Shown here piece after piece: positions 60,415-64,000 of a stretch of 64,000 nucleotides of DNA (position 1 is the stretch's first letter; the number at the start of each line of letters is the position of its first letter). The notes under the pieces were generated by a model, which searched no databases, was not told the DNA's origin, and saw only the letters and a program-made list of their open reading frames with translations. Source of the stretch: Podospora anserina. Its lineage: Eukaryota. The DNA lies in contig CM030332.1 in NCBI GenBank assembly GCA_017654855.1, forward strand, positions 2,418,001 through 2,482,000, given 5' to 3'. The position numbers and the translations under genes were made by a program.

Positions 60415-61516
60415 CTACTCATTTTCCTCCTGTCCTCCTCGAATTCTGTGCGCTGCCACCCGCTCTTTGAGACTGCCTTTGAGAGCATCCCACAAACTGA
60501 ACACCAAGGTAACATGGCCTAAAATTAAGCAAACTGCCTGGTCAAGCTCATCAATTTTGTAAGAGCTTTTCGGAAAAGCCATAGATAGCCTGAGAGCCAA
60601 GCTTTGATTGCTCGACATGTACTTGGTTTCGGTCGCTCCGCCCAGAATAATGATGGCCACTTGGATGACGAGAAAGGGAATAGATATGACAGGCCATATA
60701 GCATCAAACCAACCCTTAACTGTGAGGGTTAATTTGGCTCTTGCAAGATCGAGCCGTTTTTGTATTGTGTGTAAGGGAATGCGTTCCTGCGTGGCATTTG
60801 ACGAGGCGTTGAACAAAATGTCGCACTGATGGGACGCAAGTGAAGTAATTTGACTCAAGACTGCCAGCGCAACAGCAACGATTAAAGTCGTCATAATACC
60901 GGTAATGACCGGTGCGTCAAAGTTATGACAGAAGGGCCTCACCATGTTGCTCTCGTCGATTGGTACATTCCATCCGGTTTTGATTACTATGGCCTGTGGG
61001 CAATATTCAGCTCCTGTCTCAAGATTTCTCTCCTTACTCCAACGGAAAGAAAGAAGTTACTACACTTACCCACTCTGGCGACCAAGTAAAAGCAGTCACC
61101 ACCAGCACTATCAACGCCCTTTTCATCTGGCCCTTCCAAGTTGCCAACCCAAAAAGTGCGAGGCCGAAGCCAGAGAATGTCTCGCACACCGTCAATGGCG
61201 CTTCAAGGGCGGATGAAAATTGTTGAGAAGATATGTCGGAGCTTGTCAACAGAGTCTTGAGACTCGAGGTTGATGAAGATGGTGCTTGAAAGAAGATCAA
61301 ATTGTACACATGGCCAGCTGCCACCGCTGGGATGGTGAGTGCTATGATGAAGTCAGGCGAGATGGTGTTGGAGCGGGAGTATTTGGGGTTGAACGTCCAT
61401 GTAACAAAGAGGGAGAGGAGGATGCAGAGCCAGCCGCCCATGTTCCCTGGACCATAGAGGGAAGACACATTGCTGAATCTGTCGAGGGGGTGGTGGCTTT
61501 CACCGGAAACATTCAT
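60415..61516 (-). CDS. Hypothetical multi-pass membrane protein (2 exons), embedded antisense within the array
   Basis: ORFs 61034-61516 and 60415-60945 can be joined by an intron at about 60994-61069 (GTAAGT...GCTGAAT...CAG on the minus strand). Several hydrophobic segments; motifs 'SSLYGPGNMGGW' and 'IDELDQAVCL'. Confidence 0.65.
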
Positions 61517-61994
61517 TGTGCCCGGAAAACAATAAAGACCAAGACTTTTTCGCTTGTTGTCATAGGAGAATGGATTTAGTCAAATGCCTGTCAATGTATG
61601 GAACTCCCACATCCTCGTTAGCCAATAGCCATATCACGATATACAACAGGTAACTTCACCTATTTTCACTGTGCCTCACTCGAGATGATGCTACAGCTTT
61701 GAACCGGGGCAGTGCCTCGAAGAAGGTTGCATCGAGCGGGAAATCGGCGTTGGCCAGACTCTGAAGCCCGACATGCCTTGCGGCTGGCTCCAGGTACCAA
61801 ACATGCATTGGCAGATGGGAAACATGGCCGTGTCTGAGTCTCGTCGTTCGATTATGAGAACTTTGTTTCATGCTTGTTGCAAACCTAGGTAGGAGCCAAG
61901 AGATACACAAGATCTCAAAACTGCAATCAAGTGGTTTGGCACGTGAGTGGCGTTCTCTCTAGCCTTATCAACTACTTTTCCGACCTTCAATGTC

Positions 61995-62054
61995 AGCGAA
62001 GTAGCGAACTACATTCTCAGACGACTTGAAATTGTATCTTCGGATACCTTCGCT
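61995..62054 (+). ncRNA. Putative terminal-stem small RNA, unit 10 (60 nt)
   Basis: AGCGAAG-TAGC ... GTATC-TTCG-GATAC (cUUCGg tetraloop, 62034-62047) directly abutting CTTCGCT-TTTTTTT. Confidence 0.65.
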
Positions 62055-62451
62055 TTTTTTTGCACTTTCCAGACATATCCAAGCTCAATATCAACATGCC
62101 CCCTTCTTTTTGACATCCCTATCGCGCTCTCGTGGACAGAACAAGCCCAAGCAACCGCCATTTCTCTTTTTACTGGGTCGCTGACATGGTTGGACGTGTC
62201 TCACCTCAAACTAGAGACGTCAGAGTTCGAATCAGACATGTCCCCAACTTCATGTCTTTTTCACAATCTCTCTTTTGCAGTCTGCAACTTTCACAAGATG
62301 ATATAAGACTGCAGTTAATGTGGTGTCATTGCTAAAATGCCTTAACCAACTTTATTCTTACCTAAGTGCTCTTTCTCTCTTGTTCACATGTCAGCACGTG
62401 CCGCCAGCCTGTGTCTGGGGTATACAGCCTCCCTTTCCACACCTTACCTCC

Positions 62452-62515
62452 AGCGACGTAGCGGAAAATTAAATAGGAATTTACCCTGTCCCCCTTCGGG
62501 GGAAACACCTTCGCT
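62452..62515 (+). ncRNA. Putative terminal-stem small RNA, unit 11 (64 nt)
   Basis: AGCGACG-TAGC ... TGT-C-CCCC-TTCG-GGGG-AA-ACA (cUUCGg, core 62491-62502) - C-CTTCGCT-TTT. Confidence 0.6.
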
Positions 62516-63690
62516 TTTGTTCACTTTTTTTTAGAAGATCAACAAACAGATCTTCTCACCTCACGATCTTCAACACCTAACTACGCCAGCAAAGCTAGCA
62601 GAGGCCACGCTGGGGCACCTCAACCCCTGGTCTCTGAGGACAGGTGTTGTGGCGCAGACAGCTGGATGCCAGCACAATGAAAATGTTTTTGAGCTTGGAC
62701 GTCGCTGTTCGAATTCAATGACTTGATTATCTTTGCATGCTTTTGTTGAGTCAAGTTCGCTTTTAATGAATGCTTGAATGCACTGGGAGTTGATGTGTAT
62801 TTTCTTGCGAGCGACAGAGGGTTGTTTTCTTCAGCGGTATGTACATATGATTGATCAACTGGCATGTTATTTGTAAGCTGGGTTTGCTTATCACATATTT
62901 GATAATGGAAATCTTTATTTCCCTTGGAGCGGGGGAGATGTTGGGTAGAGCTGTCATACAGGAGATTGTGATGAACTTGTCGTGATGTCGACTGTGGAGT
63001 AATCTGTCAGTGACTGCTGGCTGGGTTATCCCCGGTGTAAGATGCTTAACTCCGGGGCTGGGTCTTGGCAGCTCTGATGGTGCTGGTTTGGAGTTGGCTT
63101 TATTGATCTTGAAGAGTCTGTAAAACCAAAAGGCTTGGTTTATAGAATGTTGTTTTTTTTGGTAACTTTTCGTTTCACCTCGCGAAGGCCATCATATTTA
63201 AGAGCAATATGTGTGTTGTGAATTGATTACAGTAAAAGTCCAGTTGTTCAGGGGTAAGGCAAGCTTTCATTGCTCCATGACATCATCAGCCGTGTTGTTC
63301 CTGAATGGCAGGCTCAACATCAGATTGGTGATCGGAGCATTTGGGAAGACATCCGCATCTTGCACGTGATGACTTTTCAACTTCTAGCGAGAAGAGACTC
63401 TTTCTTCACTGTAATATTTGATCTCTTTTACACACTTATAACACCGGACAAACATCGCTCTTATGCATCTACCAACCAGAAAAAGAACATACCGAGTTCC
63501 CAGCGCAGCCTCTCCTGACCCGCCTCCCTCCTTCTTGCAACCTCCTTCATACCCTCCTTAATGACACAGCAAGGCAGTATCAGCAGTATCAGCAGTATCA
63601 ACTTCTCCGAAGACTTCCAAATTCGATATTCCTGAATGTCTACACCTTACTCTTAATACCTACCCCCTACCTTCACCCCGTCTCTCAACA

Positions 63691-64000
63691 ATGCCCTCAA
63701 GACCTGTATCCCGAGCCTCCCGAACTTCCCGCTCAAAATTACGTCCCTCCCTCGACCCCCACGCCTCCCGCCCTCCCCCATCAGCACCTCACCCACCCCG
63801 CTCCTTCCGCGAACACTTCTTCCACTCCCTAACCCCTTACTCAGGCCCCTACCAAGTCGCCTTCCTCGAAATTGAAGTTACCGTCCGATCACCCCGTCAT
63901 TTCAGCCGCATCAAGCGCAATGGGTCCTACGCCCTCAAGCTCGACACCGTCCTCTTCGCCGTCTACTACCCCACCGACAACTCTGACCTCCCACGCAGCG
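63691..64000 (+). CDS. Platelet-activating-factor acetylhydrolase-like protein, 5' part (runs off the window)
   Basis: Open frame from ATG 63691 to the window end: '...SLTPYSGPYQVAFLEIEVTVRSPRHFSRIKRNGSYALKLDTVLFAVYYPTD', which resembles fungal PAF-AH N-termini. Confidence 0.7.
   Translation, partial: MPSRPVSRASRTSRSKLRPSLDPHASRPPPSAPHPPRSFREHFFHSLTPYSGPYQVAFLEIEVTVRSPRHFSRIKRNGSYALKLDTVLFAVYYPTDNSDLPRS

Larger units (their letters stand above)
56440..62760 (+). repeat. Tandem array of 11 diverged, motif-conserved non-coding units (candidate Pol III small-RNA gene cluster)
   Basis: (C)AGCGAAGTAGC-like motif starts at 56466, 56980, 57442, 58005, 58341, 58750, 59143, 59560, 59977, 61995 and 62452. 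Each is followed by a complementary CTTCGCT-like motif and a T-run. Most spacers carry AGACGTC-N3/4-GTTCGA and AAGATGTCCTCA. Confidence 0.9.

Noticed and set aside
56440-62760. CRISPR array
   Set aside because: The context is eukaryotic, there are no cas genes, the constant words are only 7-13 nt and the period is about 400 bp.
63575-63600. (GCAGTATCA)x3 short tandem repeat
   Set aside because: It is a tiny local duplication with no link to the array motifs.

Overview
Gene-dense window from a filamentous ascomycete. GT..AG introns with CTAAC/CTGAC branch sites and the gene set suggest Sordariales, probably Podospora-like; that placement is inference. Bases 1-56.2 kb hold about 21 mostly housekeeping genes: RhoGAP, RRS1, RSM23/DAP3, MCM7, PEX1, a WDR6/Trm734-like gene, hexokinase, a cystathionine gamma-synthase-like gene, VTC4, RMT2, a sterol glucosyltransferase-like gene, a mitochondrial phosphate carrier, CAP2, ALG12 and others. 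There is also an intron-containing tRNA-Leu(UAA) and a few accessory genes (OTT_1508-like deaminase, degenerate APH-like kinase, NmrA/EasG-like plus SnoaL-like pair). The standout is 56.4-62.8 kb, an apparently non-coding tandem array of 11 highly diverged units about 340-560 bp apart. The typical unit keeps short motifs in fixed order: tRNA-like A box and B box (usually 43-44 nt apart), AAGATGTCCTCAA, GGGATATCA-N6-TTTCCG-N10/11, then CAGCGAAGTAGC...[hairpin]-CTTCGCT-TTTT. The last part predicts small RNAs (60-123 nt, one about 223 nt) with a conserved terminal stem, a 3' hairpin conserved in structure but not sequence, and a unit-specific interior. I read this as a candidate multicopy Pol III small-RNA gene cluster that I cannot assign to a known family. 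No expression or database evidence was available, and gene boundaries were inferred by eye.
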